A DNA stretch of 59,711 nucleotides, the filler included, from Jimgerdemannia flammicorona (lineage: Eukaryota): assembly GCA_003990765.1 (NCBI GenBank). It is 3 parts of 3 records of this genome, joined end to end, with 100 filler letters (N's around TTAATTAATTAA, not from the genome) between each part and the next. Parts side by side here need not be neighbours in the genome. Positions count along the whole stretch, not along the records: positions 19,940 to 39,776 come from RBNJ01001835.1; 2 more parts are not named here. The stretch is one strand, 5' to 3'. The first letter of the stretch is position 1; the number at the start of each line of letters is the position of its first letter. The notes below the pieces were generated by a model. It was not told the origin of the DNA. It ran no database searches and saw only the letters and a program-made list of their open reading frames with translations. The position numbers and the translations under genes were made by a program. Positions 23,919 through 35,250 of this stretch are shown here, one piece after another.

Positions 23919-26837
23919 AGTAGCTCATAGATAGATACTGCAATGTTAGAGTATCCTTTGATGAATCTTCTATAATAGCTTGCCAGTCCAAGGAGGGCAT
24001 AGACTTCTGTAGTTTTTCTGGGTCTCAGGTAGGCTGCAATAGTCTCAATCTTTGTGGGATCTGTGTGGATTCCAGTCTGGTTGATGAGATGTCCTAAGTA
24101 GACAATTTTCTGAGCTGTAAACTTGCATTTCTTGGACTTGATGTAGAGGCTATACTCCTTGAGCTTCTTGAGAGCTAGTTATATGTAATGATATATTCCC
24201 ATGCAGTGTTGCTGAGGATGATCATATCATCAACATAAACAAAGAGCCATTTTCCAATCTTGTTACTGAAGACTCTGTTCATCATTCACTGGAAACTTGC
24301 TGGGGTATTGCACATTCCAAATGGCATTTGCAGGTAGATATAAGTGGCATTAGGTGTGATGAAGGCTGATTTCTCACTGACATCTTGAGTGAGACCAATC
24401 TGATGGAAGCCTGAGAACAGATCCAAGGTAGTATAGTATTTGGCTTTACTTCTAAGAGTAGTAAGGATTTCTTGAATGTTTGGCAAGGGCTGCCTATCCT
24501 TCTTGGTGATTGTATTGAGCTTCTTGTAGTCAACACAGAGTCTTGGGGCAAACTCTCCAGGCTTGCTTCCTTTCTTTAGAGCAAGGACAATGGGTGAAGC
24601 CCAGGGACTGATAGCTTGCTTGATGATTCTGGCTTCTTCTATTTCCTTGAGTTCTGCTTGCAGCCATTCTCTGTAGGCAGGTGGTATAGATCTGCCTTTC
24701 TGGTAGATGGGCTTGGTATCACCAGTATCAACTTTGTGGTAGTACTTGGATTCTTGATTGTGGATATCTCTGAAGTCTGTAGTAAGTACTCCTTCATTCT
24801 GATACAGGATCTTGAGAAGTTGTTCTTCCAGGGGAAAGTTTTCTCCAATGGTATATGGGAGTATAGCCATTGATGATCATATTGTATCACTGCTCATCTG
24901 TGAGCTTAGGTATCTTGTTCTTGTTCTTATTCACTGAGTGCATGAAGACTTCTGTGTCCTCTTCATCTCCTTCCTCTATGTCTGGTAGGACTTCTTTATG
25001 AACATTGATAGAGACTCATACCTTTCTTCCTCTATAGTTGATCTGTATTTTCTGAGCATAGAGTTCAATGATGGCCTTGGCCTTATGAAGCCATTGGTTG
25101 CCAATAAGGATGTTATAGTTGGTGGTACTTATAACAATCACATCTACTGGTATAGTAGCATCTCCTATCTTAATGGCAACTTCTAAGATTTTGCCAAGGA
25201 GGGTAGTTTGTGTACCATCTGCTGTGATATAGACCATCTTAGTGGACTCTGCAATATCTCAGTCTAGGCAGTCAATTGCCTTCTTGCTCATGAGGTATCC
25301 TCCAGCACTAGTATCAATGATGGCATCAAAGATTCTGACATGGGATATAGGCTGATGTCTTACACTGGTCTTCAGATTCTTTGCCTAAGTCTTCTGATTC
25401 TTCCTGTACATTGTGAGCTTCTACAATCTTATACTCTTGATTCTTGGCAGTAGTTGTAAGTTCTACTCTCAACTGCTGCCTGAAGGCAGAGACTTCAGCT
25501 AACTGTCCAAAAGTAACATTGATCTTCTGTTTCTTGAGGTTCTTGTAGATATTATACTAGTGGATCTTGATCTTGTGCAGCTTCTATTCCTTCTTGCTTT
25601 TGCTTTCTCCTGAGACTGAAGTAGAACCTTCATTAATTTGGTAAGCAGCTTCATCTAACTCTATATCTTGATCAATCTCCTCAGTTTGGGTCATGCTTTG
25701 GATAGTAACAGCTGGGGTCTTCTTTGGTCTTCCAACTGGCTTGCTGTTGCTCTTCTTGTCATAGGGCTTGGACTGGGTTCTGGTACTTTTAGTAGTAGGG
25801 TAGAATTTGGGCTCCTCATAGTATTCTTTATCATCAGTATCACCAATCTCCTTGATGACTACTGCATTGATTTGTTCTTAGGTTCTGCTAGCATTGCTTG
25901 GTTGGACTTTGCATCTTGTTCCAGTTATGCAATTATTTGCATAGTGGCCTTCTTTTCCACATCTGAAGTATGTGATATTATATTCTTCCATAGCTGCTGC
26001 AAATCTCTGCACTGGTCTCCTGTTGGTACTTCAGACTTCTCTAACAACATCACTAAGATGTGTAGTCATCTCAGCGAACTGCTTGATGAGTTCCTCTACT
26101 GGGTTGGCTTTGGCTGCCTTGGGAGTAGGTAGGGTTGGTTGTCTGTTTATAACTATAATGGGTATGATACTAGTTGGCTTTGATGGTTCCATCTTGATGC
26201 TAGTTATTTTCTCCATTGAGTATTCAGCAGGGTGTCAGGCAGTCCAATATCTCTATGTAAAGACTACTTTCTGATCAAGGGTCAGTACAGCTGAGTTAGA
26301 CTAGATTGCTAGAGCAATTTCAGGGTAAACTCCTTTGAGGAAGATTGAATCTGCTATTTGTTCTTTGAGGGTATCATCATAGCTAGTCAGACAATCTAGT
26401 GGCAGATTCAGATATAGAATGAGTTGGGATCTTTACTGAGTCTCTGGCAGATAGTATTGAGTTGATCCTTGAGAGTTTGCTTGATCTCTTCAGTATAGTA
26501 TGTTGTTCTGAGGAAGGCCTTCATATTGGCAAGTTTGGCTATACTATTATCAGCAATAGTACCTACATTGAACTTGTCTCTGACAGGTCCTCTGAGGCTG
26601 ACTGGTAGAAGGGCCAATTGTGTATCTATACCAAGGGCTCATATGATAGCAAATTGTTCAAAGTCTTCAATAAAGATTAGGATTGACTCTTTAGTAGTAT
26701 ATCCATAGAATGTGGGGGGACACATTTTCATCTTATCTTGAATTATTACAGGAATGACTTTTGTAGTCAGAGTAGTTGTTGTGGTAGTTGTTCATTTTTC
26801 AGCTTGAAAGTGAGGGATTCATCTTGAATCACCAGCC

Positions 26838-26848
26838 AATGAGCACCA
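26838..26848 (-). promoter_or_regulatory. Primer-binding site of element B
   Basis: TGGTGCTCATT begins 3 nt after the terminal CA of the LTR. The primer tRNA was not assigned. Confidence 0.6.
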
Positions 26849-27044
26849 AGTTGTTATATAGTGGTCGCTGAGTTCTTCAAATATACCAGATTCTCTTTAA
26901 GATATATCTCTTAGACTAACTCAAGTTTGTTATAAGCAAGTCCTTATTGAAGTACCTTCCTAAAGTCTTATAGTCCTCAAACTTCTTATCTTTAAACTAT
27001 CTTATTATCTTTTAGATTGCTTGTAAGGAAGTATGTATATTGCA

Positions 27045-27755
27045 AGGGGTGGGACTGGAATGGACTCTGGCATTGGAGCAAACGGGTGTGGCAGTGGCTG
27101 CCCCCCAAGTTCTGGGTGGTATGGTGGCGAGTCCTACGGTAGAATATGATGTTGAACTATTGGTCTGGACACTTGGTGGATGGTGGGGTATTCGAGTGTG
27201 AGGACTGTTTCAATATTGGTCAGGAGGGAGGAGTGATACAAATACCTGAACATTGGCTTGGTGAATGTGAGGTTTTGGGGGAGTTTTGGAGAAGTATTGT
27301 GGACAGGGTAGGGCCAGGTGCTAGGGAAGGAGAGGAAGGGGGGTGATGGGGAGTGCTCCGCTGGCGACTGGTGGGTGGGGTTGGGGATGAATGGCTGACC
27401 CTTAGTTGGGCTTTGGCTATGTGAGTTGGACTAGCTGGGCATTGGGTTTATGTATTTAAGGAAGGGCACCGGGTCGGGGTTGATGACAAGATGGCCTGGT
27501 GGAAATGGTTGATGTTGGATATTTTGAATAGCTGGTGGCAGGGTTGGGGGATGGGTGGAGGGTACCGCAGGGGTCTAGTGTGGTGTATTACCCAGAAGAG
27601 TGGTGGGAGGGTGCAGGTAGTGGGTAATTGGGTGGTGCTTGGGCAGAGGGAGGATGAGGGGAAAGGTTTGGGCCCCCAGGGCATTGGTTGAGGATAGGGG
27701 TGACATTGTATTATTTACATTATAGACTTTGGTAATAAAGGGCCATCCAAGAGAC

Positions 27756-27795
<40 letters not shown>
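27045..27795 (+). mobile_element. 5'-truncated LINE, copy 3, with poly(A) and target-site duplication
   Basis: TSD gtatgtatattgca at 27031-27044 and 27796-27809. Poly(A) 27759-27795. C-terminal CEDC...EHWLGEC. Confidence 0.95.
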
Positions 27796-27798
<3 letters not shown>

Positions 27799-28120
27799 TG
27801 TATATTGCACTGAGAGGGACTGACTTTATTTTGAAAGAAATGAGAGTGGTATTTATACAAAATATAATTCAATGGTTGCTAAGATATAAAGCTAAATATA
27901 AATTCTAATAACTAAAATAAAATGTCAGAACAGAAAAAACTGCTAAGTTCCAATGTCAGTACTGATGGTTGTATAGGTTCAGGATACTGGTATAATTCAG
28001 TGTTACATCAGAATACCAGTACTAATATAATTTAGTTTCACATCAGAATGCTGGTACTGGCAAAATTCAGTTTCACATCAGAATACTAGTGCTGGCATAA
28101 TTCAGTATCACCAAAGAACC

Positions 28121-29130
28121 TTAGAGCAGAATGTTCAAGACCATAGGGGCTTCATTCTCATCAGAGGTCAGGATCTCTTCAAAGAAGATAAGGTCTCCAA
28201 ATTTATCATTATTGTATAGATCATATGTTTCATATATATTGTGTGTCTCATATATGATATGCAGGATGATGTCATTGCTGATGATGTCATTATATTTAGT
28301 GGCAGCAGGAACAAGGAGATCAGGGGCTCTCCAGTCTATGAGGTTCTCTTCTACAAAATAGGAGACAAATGTGGAGTCTTGGGGAGGTCTAACCTGGATG
28401 CTTGGTTCTTGAAATACTGAGATCAATCCTTACAGGAATTGGTCTAGGTTGTTCTAGAGAATGGGATGCTAGAAGTCTTCTACTTCATCACTGTTAAGGG
28501 TGATAGTAGACTGGGCTTCTGTAGCTACCCTGACTTCTATACATTAATATGCTGGGCTGATAGGTCTCTGAAGTCTGAGACTCTAATATACTCCAAGTTA
28601 GGGATTGACCATAGTATATGCCTGAAGATCAGATAGATCTTTTTAGCTATCCTTGTTTTATATATATCTATAGAAGTGGCATCTTGTAGCTCTTGAGTGC
28701 TGGCCTGTGAAAACTCCTGGCAGAGGAGGTTTTCTATTTCATACTTCTGCCACATTTGGAGACATTTGGTAGCAATGGTGATCCTTATTTCCATTTCACA
28801 GCAGTAGAGGATATAATGATAAGAATCACCAGTACCCAGGTTGACACTAGGAGTCCTTCTTGAGCAGGTCTTTATGGCTCTTTTGATGTCTTGGAACATC
28901 CTTTCTTTGACTGAGGTGCCTTGGTGGTTCCTTGATCTTAAGGTTTGGTGAGCAGCAGGCATTTCATTTGTGGTAAGTCTTTGAGCTATTTTGGAATTGG
29001 TAGGTCTTGTTGGTTGCTGCTACTGCAGTTTCTTGATCCTTCTTTTATATTCCTCAAGATACCCATACTATGGTCACAATGACTTACAGTTGGTCATCAT
29101 TGCTCATCTTGTATGCTGTATAATCTTCTT
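28121..29130 (-). pseudogene. Accessory ORF region inside the LTR of element B
   Basis: ORFs 28537-28962 and 28121-28426. The IAKKIYLIF...SDF motif is shared with the accessory ORF of element A. Confidence 0.55.
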
Positions 29131-29222
29131 GTGCTCTGATCTAGTTGCTAGTAAGGAAAGGCTGTCTCCTGTGCTAATGTCATTATTCTGGAGTTACTGT
29201 TATAATATTCAGCCCCACTTCA

Positions 29223-32020
29223 TATATAAATAAGGTATGACTATAATGGAGAAGACCTAAGTAGACACTGTTATCCAGGACTTTTATAATAAAGAGACCA
29301 TTTATGAGACTCATTCCAGGGAAGAGCTCTTCTTTTCCAGTATCTTCACTAACCCCCAGATTGACAAAAATCAGATCTGTCTCAATATATATTTACTGAA
29401 TAGTCCATATAGCAATTATACTTCAAGATAGAAGATATTCAAATGCTCTGCTACATAGTATGCCTAGGGGACTTCCTCATCAAGATAGATATCAAGTATG
29501 CCTACCTCTATATTTATTTTCACCCTATCAATCAATAATTTCTGGTCTTTCAATGATAGTAAATCAACTGGGAATTTTGGGCTATACTATTTAGCCTATT
29601 CTTGACCTCTCAGATTTGAATAAAGATGATGACTACCATTCTGGAATCACTACAGTAATATGGTATTCACCTCACTAACTATATTTACCTCTTGATCTCC
29701 AGCCATAATGAAGCTATTTACTATAGCTAGTTGGTTTGTGATTATCTGAAAATTCTGAGATTTCTCCTCTATTTGATGAAATGCACATAGGACCTTAAGC
29801 AAGTTCAGATGTTCCTTGGGTTTCTGGTAGACACTAATGCTATAGAACTATATCTATCTATGGACAAGATATATAAGATCCATAAGGAGATAGTCTCACT
29901 TCTTCATCTGGCCTCTGAATCCAGCATTCTGATCTGTAAGGTAGTCTCTCTGATTGGTCTATGGAACTATATGACCCAGGCAATTTTTTCTACTTACTTC
30001 TATATCTGGGCACTCATCTGTAATATATAGGCCACTCTCTGCTATTTCAATTAGAATGGATAAATGACACTCTCTCTGATATTATTGACTGATCTCCACT
30101 AGTGGTCTCATAAACTATTGAGATAGAATGACCATTCTCTCCTCACTGTAGTTTCTAAAATCATGTGGATATGAATATAAGTGATATGGGATGGGGTTTC
30201 AAGATCTTCTCCTCCACTACCAATATTAGTTATGTAGTATGACAAGTGGCTGGCACCTAGATATCCTCAGAAAATTTACCTGTCCATCAACTACCATAAA
30301 CTGAAAACAGTTCTCTTTACCCTATAGATTAACTCACACTACTGGCAGAACTCTACAGTCCTGGTCTGAATGGATAATTGATCACATAGATAATCATCAA
30401 TAAATAAGAAGGCTTTCTCTATCACTTCTATACTATCATAATATATATTTATCTAATCTGTACAATATACTATATTTGTCTCTTTATAGATTATCTTCTG
30501 AGTTCAGAGAATATCTGAGCAGACTTTCTGAGCCATCTGCATTCCAACCCCAACACTAGAAGCTATAGCCAGCAGTCTTTTAGTATCTATACCATCTGTG
30601 GGGCCTGATCCAGCTTGACCTGTTTGTCTCCTAAATAACCAAACAGACCTCTCTCTTTTACAGCTAGCAGGCCAACTCCAAGACTTGTGTAAGAATACTT
30701 TTCAACACTATTGGCCTCCAACTAAAACATATATAAATCCTCCTTAGATCCTGATCAATCACTCTCTATATAAGATAAAGGGACCAATACTCTCACCTCA
30801 TCCTCATCACCCCCTTCTGACTGTGATAGAGCTAGTGTCTCAAACTTATGAGAATGGCAATAACCCCTCAAATTCTCCTTCTATATTGGACTCTGATGAT
30901 AGTGATACAGATGCACTATTGGGATATCCTCACTTGGTTGATCAGTGGCACTCTCTAGATACTATAATACTGATAGAACTAACTCACAACCTTATCTAAG
31001 CTAGTATTCAGACCTCTTTCTGCAAGAATTATAAGTCTATCTACTAATACTATATCTATTAGTATTATCAATAATATATTAATCCCCTTTATGCTTCTAC
31101 CAAGTGGCAGACAAATTGTTTTACCCACCTATTTCATGAGGGCATAAACATCCAATAGCTCTGAGGCATCTATACCACTATCAGCTAGTGGACTCCTGTT
31201 GTCAATGGCATCCAATTCTTTAAAATTCCCATGGTCTCTTGTCTCATCTAAGGGGTAGGTAACTTATGTCCCCCTCAATCTAAGGATAAAGCCCAATAGT
31301 GAGATATTTCTATTCTCATCCACTGGCTGGCTTCTTTAGACCCCTTTAACTCTTTTAAAAAGTGGGTCCTATATGGCAAGAAAACTTATACCCTTCTGAT
31401 ACTTTATATATTATAGTATATTATAAGTGATTTTGCCCAATGTCAGATGATAGTAGATTTTCAGAGTTGCCAAGTAGACTGATATATTGAAATAGTTCTC
31501 ACAGCAGACATAACTAAGAAATGTATACTCAACTCTTACTACAAGACCTCCCACTCTATCTCTGTACTCTTAGAGAACAAGGATCTATACTTAGTATATA
31601 GGTCTATTGCTAGATGCATGAAATGGAACCCCTACAACTACTATATGGTAGAGACTACCTCTTCATTAGCATATGCTCTCTCCATTTTAACCTAACTACA
31701 GACTGCTTCCACAACTGGTTCTCAGAATACATAGTGGCCACTAGTATTAACCCCATCTATTTCCTTTATTCTTTTTGAGTGGAATCCTCTACTAAGATAT
31801 TGGAAGAGGGAAATCCTATCAATAAAGTTCTGGAGAGTGGGAATTGGAGCTCTAAAACCTCTTTTGAATGTCACTACCATCTATTCTATAGGTTATTAGT
31901 TCTTTCCAAGATCTCTTGAGCAAAGTCTTTTGTATATACAGTCCTCCAGTATAAGGCTGCTATGTTGGACCAGTACTCTGCTTATCTCTAATCTATGAAC
32001 AATTACTCTAAAATAGTCTG
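29223..32020 (+). mobile_element. DIRS-type tyrosine-recombinase retrotransposon, 3' part: RT, RNase H, N6-adenine methyltransferase-like domain, tyrosine recombinase, right ITR
   Basis: RT: YFKIEDI, IDIKYAY, FLGFLVDT. RNase H: SDMGWG, ENI*ADFLS. MTase: LDLFVS...YINPP*. Recombinase: PYSF*...GNWSSKTSFECHY. Heavily mutated. Confidence 0.85.
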
Positions 32021-34839
32021 AAACCAAGTGAAGCTTAGTCTCAGATAGATGAGATACCATAGGTACCAAAGTCTATCCCAGACTTTGTGAGCTTAGAGAG
32101 GATTATGAAGAGTTAGTTTTCCACCCATCCCCACACTTTTCATTTCCTTCCTTGTGGGTTCTTCTTTTTTCTTCCCTATGGTTATAATACTTCTTTTGTC
32201 TTTTTTGAGCTTTGATAATCTGACCTTGGGCTTGTTATATAACTGTTCTGCCTTCTTGAGGAGGTCTCCAAGATTCTCATGGTCAGTAGTTCTGGTCTTC
32301 TTGATAAACATCATTTTGAATGGCTTTTGTCTGGTGGAGGCAGCAGGGGTATTCTGAATTTCCCATAGGATCTTGGGTAAGCAGAGATCCCAATTGGTAG
32401 GATTGACTCAGATAAGTTCTTTCTTGATGGTCTGGTTCATTCTTTCTGTCATTCCATTGGTCTGAGGGTGATATGATGTGGTTTGTTTGAGGTAGATCTT
32501 GTGAATATGGGTATAACTTATAATTATATTATTGATGAATTCTGTGCCTCAGTTAGAGATGAGTTCTTCTGAGGGTCCATATCTGAGTGTGAGTCCATGG
32601 AGAAGGCCTACAATGGTTAGGGCATCTGTGATTTCCATTGGGAAAGCTTTGGGCCATTTAGTCAGATGTTCTACAAATATAAGGATATTTTTGTTTCTTC
32701 TTAGTATAACTAGTAGAGATCCAATTACATCTATTTCCCATCTCTGAAGAATGTTGTCTGATAGTACAATTGGTTGCAATATTGCTTGATAGTTCTTCCT
32801 TCCTTAGTACTTCTGACAGATGTCACATTTCTTGAGTATATTCTGAACTTATATTCTGAGGTTGGGCCAATATTGGTGTGTTGTTTGCAGTTTTTCATCT
32901 ATATTTGCCTGTCCCTGGTGGGCTTTCTGATGTTCTTTTTGGATGAGATCTTCTTGTGCCTTGATGGTCTGAGGAGCTTCCTTTAGGGTATAGTTCTTCA
33001 GGACACCCATCTTCTGGTTCATTGGGGTAGGTAGGAAAGTATATCAACATTGTTGTGGGCTTTTTCTGCTTTGTAAATAATGGTGATTTTGTAATCCTGA
33101 AGAATAAGGATCCAGCAGGCTAGGATTCCAGTGAGTTCCTTATAGTTGAATAGCTATTTGAGAGCTACATGGTCTGTGATCAGAGTGAACCTTTTTCTGA
33201 TAAGATAATATTTGAACAGGGTGACCACCCATATGACTGTAAGGCATTCCAGTTTGGTGCTACCATAATTTATCTGCTGCTGATTGATAGCTTGGCTTGT
33301 ATAAGCTATCATATAGTATTGTTGGTCAGATCCTTCTTGGGCTAGAACTGCTCCTAGGCCATCTTTGGAGGCATCTGTATATATGATGAATGACTTCTGT
33401 AGATTGGAGCATATAAGGATTAGTGCTGAAGTCATATAGTTCTTGAGTTCTCTAAAGGCTTTTTCTTGTAATTCTTTCTATTTGAATGACATTCCTTTCT
33501 TGAGAAGGATTCAGATTGGAGTAACAATTTGGGCAAAGTCCTTGATAAACCTTCTATAGTAGGATACCAATATCAGGAATGTTAATGTTTCCTTTGGGGT
33601 CTTGGGTGCTAGCCAATTGTTGATCTTTTTAGTTTTCTTTGGGTCTATATGGATTCCTTCTTTTGAAACTATGAATTTAAGGAATTCAAGTTTCTGTTTC
33701 CCAAAGTAGCATTTCATTGTATTCATTCTTAAGTGGTTCTTGCAGGTGAGCTTGAAGAATTCCTCTAGATAGTGTAGGTGTTCTTCAAAATTTGCTGAAT
33801 AGATATTAGAATCATCTATGTATACAATTAGGCAGTGATAGATCAAGGGAGTATAGACTGAATTAATCATCCTCTGAAAGGTGAGAGGTACATTGCAAAG
33901 TCCAAAAGACTTTCAGAGGTATTCAAACAGTTTTCCTAGAGCAAGAAAGGCTGTCTTTTGAATGTCTTTAGGCTCTATGGAGATCTTATGAAATCCTGCA
34001 AAAAGGTCCATACTACTGAAGTATCTGGCATCTTATAACTAATCCAAAAGGTCATCGATTCTGGGAAAAGGATATACATCCTTTTTGGTAACTGAATTGA
34101 GTTTCCTATAGTCTACACAGAGTCTCCATCTTCCTTTCTTTGGTACAATAAGTATAGAGCTGGCCCAGGGGCTGATAGAGGGTCAGATGACTCTATTGTC
34201 TAAGAGTTCTTGAATGTGTTCTTTTTTGAATGTTTTTAAGTGATTTGGTATTCTGTAGAGTTCTGTCAGATGGGTGTTGCATTTCCTATATTTATGCTAT
34301 AGTGATATGATGGATTGTATGGTAGGTGACCATAATTGGTAGTAAAGATATCTCGATATTTATTGAGAAGTGTTACTAGTTGTTACTGTTGTTGCAGTGT
34401 CAATTCTTCTCCAATGTTAGTGGAAGGCTTCACTGTCTCCAGGGTCGCAGAGGGGCCTTTCCATTCTTCTGAGACCTTTTGCTATTTCCTGATAGGTTTA
34501 GTTCATAAACTTCCCTATGAGTTCAGTTGAGAAAAGACACCAGATGTCTTATGATAGTTTCTTTTGGCAAAATGATAGTCTCCCAACTTTGGTTGGTTGC
34601 TCGGGAGTATACTGGATTCATCTTGTCAGAGAATGTGTATCCCTCTATGTCCAGGTATAGGATATCTTCCTTGGGTTCAAAGAAAAGATTTCTGGGGTTG
34701 GGTGGTGTAAAGATTTCGAAGGTATTTGTCCTCTAGGCTCCAGGATGAGATTTTTGTACAGCTTGACTGGTAGGTGGTACACTTGTAGAGGAATATTCCT
34801 CTTGAGGTGGTTGACTTAGAGGAGATGTACTTCCTTCTT

Positions 34840-35250
34840 ATCTGAGCTCTCGAATCCTTTGGCTTGTCTTATTCCTTTAGTTAGTTCAGAGACTTTTTGC
34901 AATTGTGGGATCTTGAGCTTTATGAAGACTGTTTGGGCAATCTTCTGTACTCTAATGATTTGGTGCTATTCTGTACTACTGTTGTGTAAGATGACCTTGA
35001 TTTTGCCTATATATCCAGGGTCAATGATTCCTCTTTCTACAGTTATTCCTTGTTTGGCAAGTCCAGACCTTGAGGTCAGTTAAATGTAAGCTCCTTGGGA
35101 TGGCTGTATGGCTAATCTAGTTCTGATCATAAAGGTTTTTCCAGGCTTAATAGATTCATCCTCTAGACTGTGAAGATCATACCCTATATTCTCTGGGTGA
35201 GCTTTGGTCGGGGGTTTGGCCTTGGGATATAGCTGAGCATACTGGGCAAT
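34840..35250 (-). pseudogene. dut: dUTPase domain within the Gypsy pol
   Basis: All five trimeric dUTPase motifs in order: GYDL, SRSGLA, GIIDPGYIGKI, KIAQ, RQAKGFESS. Two in-frame stops. Confidence 0.88.

Larger units (their letters stand above)
21574..29222 (-). mobile_element. Ty3/Gypsy element B with both LTRs, gag, protease and RT; RNase H and integrase missing; inserted into the DIRS element
   Basis: LTR copies begin on + at 21574 and 26852. PBS-like TGGTGCTCATTGG next to the 5' LTR. Zn knuckle YFRCGKEGHYANNC, protease IIDTSAG, RT KKGSKPGEFAPRLCVDY...MPFG...YVDD. Candidate TSD tatat at 21569-21573 and 29223-29227. Confidence 0.85.
26852..29222 (-). repeat. 5' LTR of element B (about 1.6 kb after removing the LINE insert), containing an ORF
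   Basis: Homology with the other LTR runs into ORF 28121-28426. The right boundary is inferred from CA plus the TSD and from resumption of the DIRS RT; an alternative end is near 29204. Confidence 0.6.
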
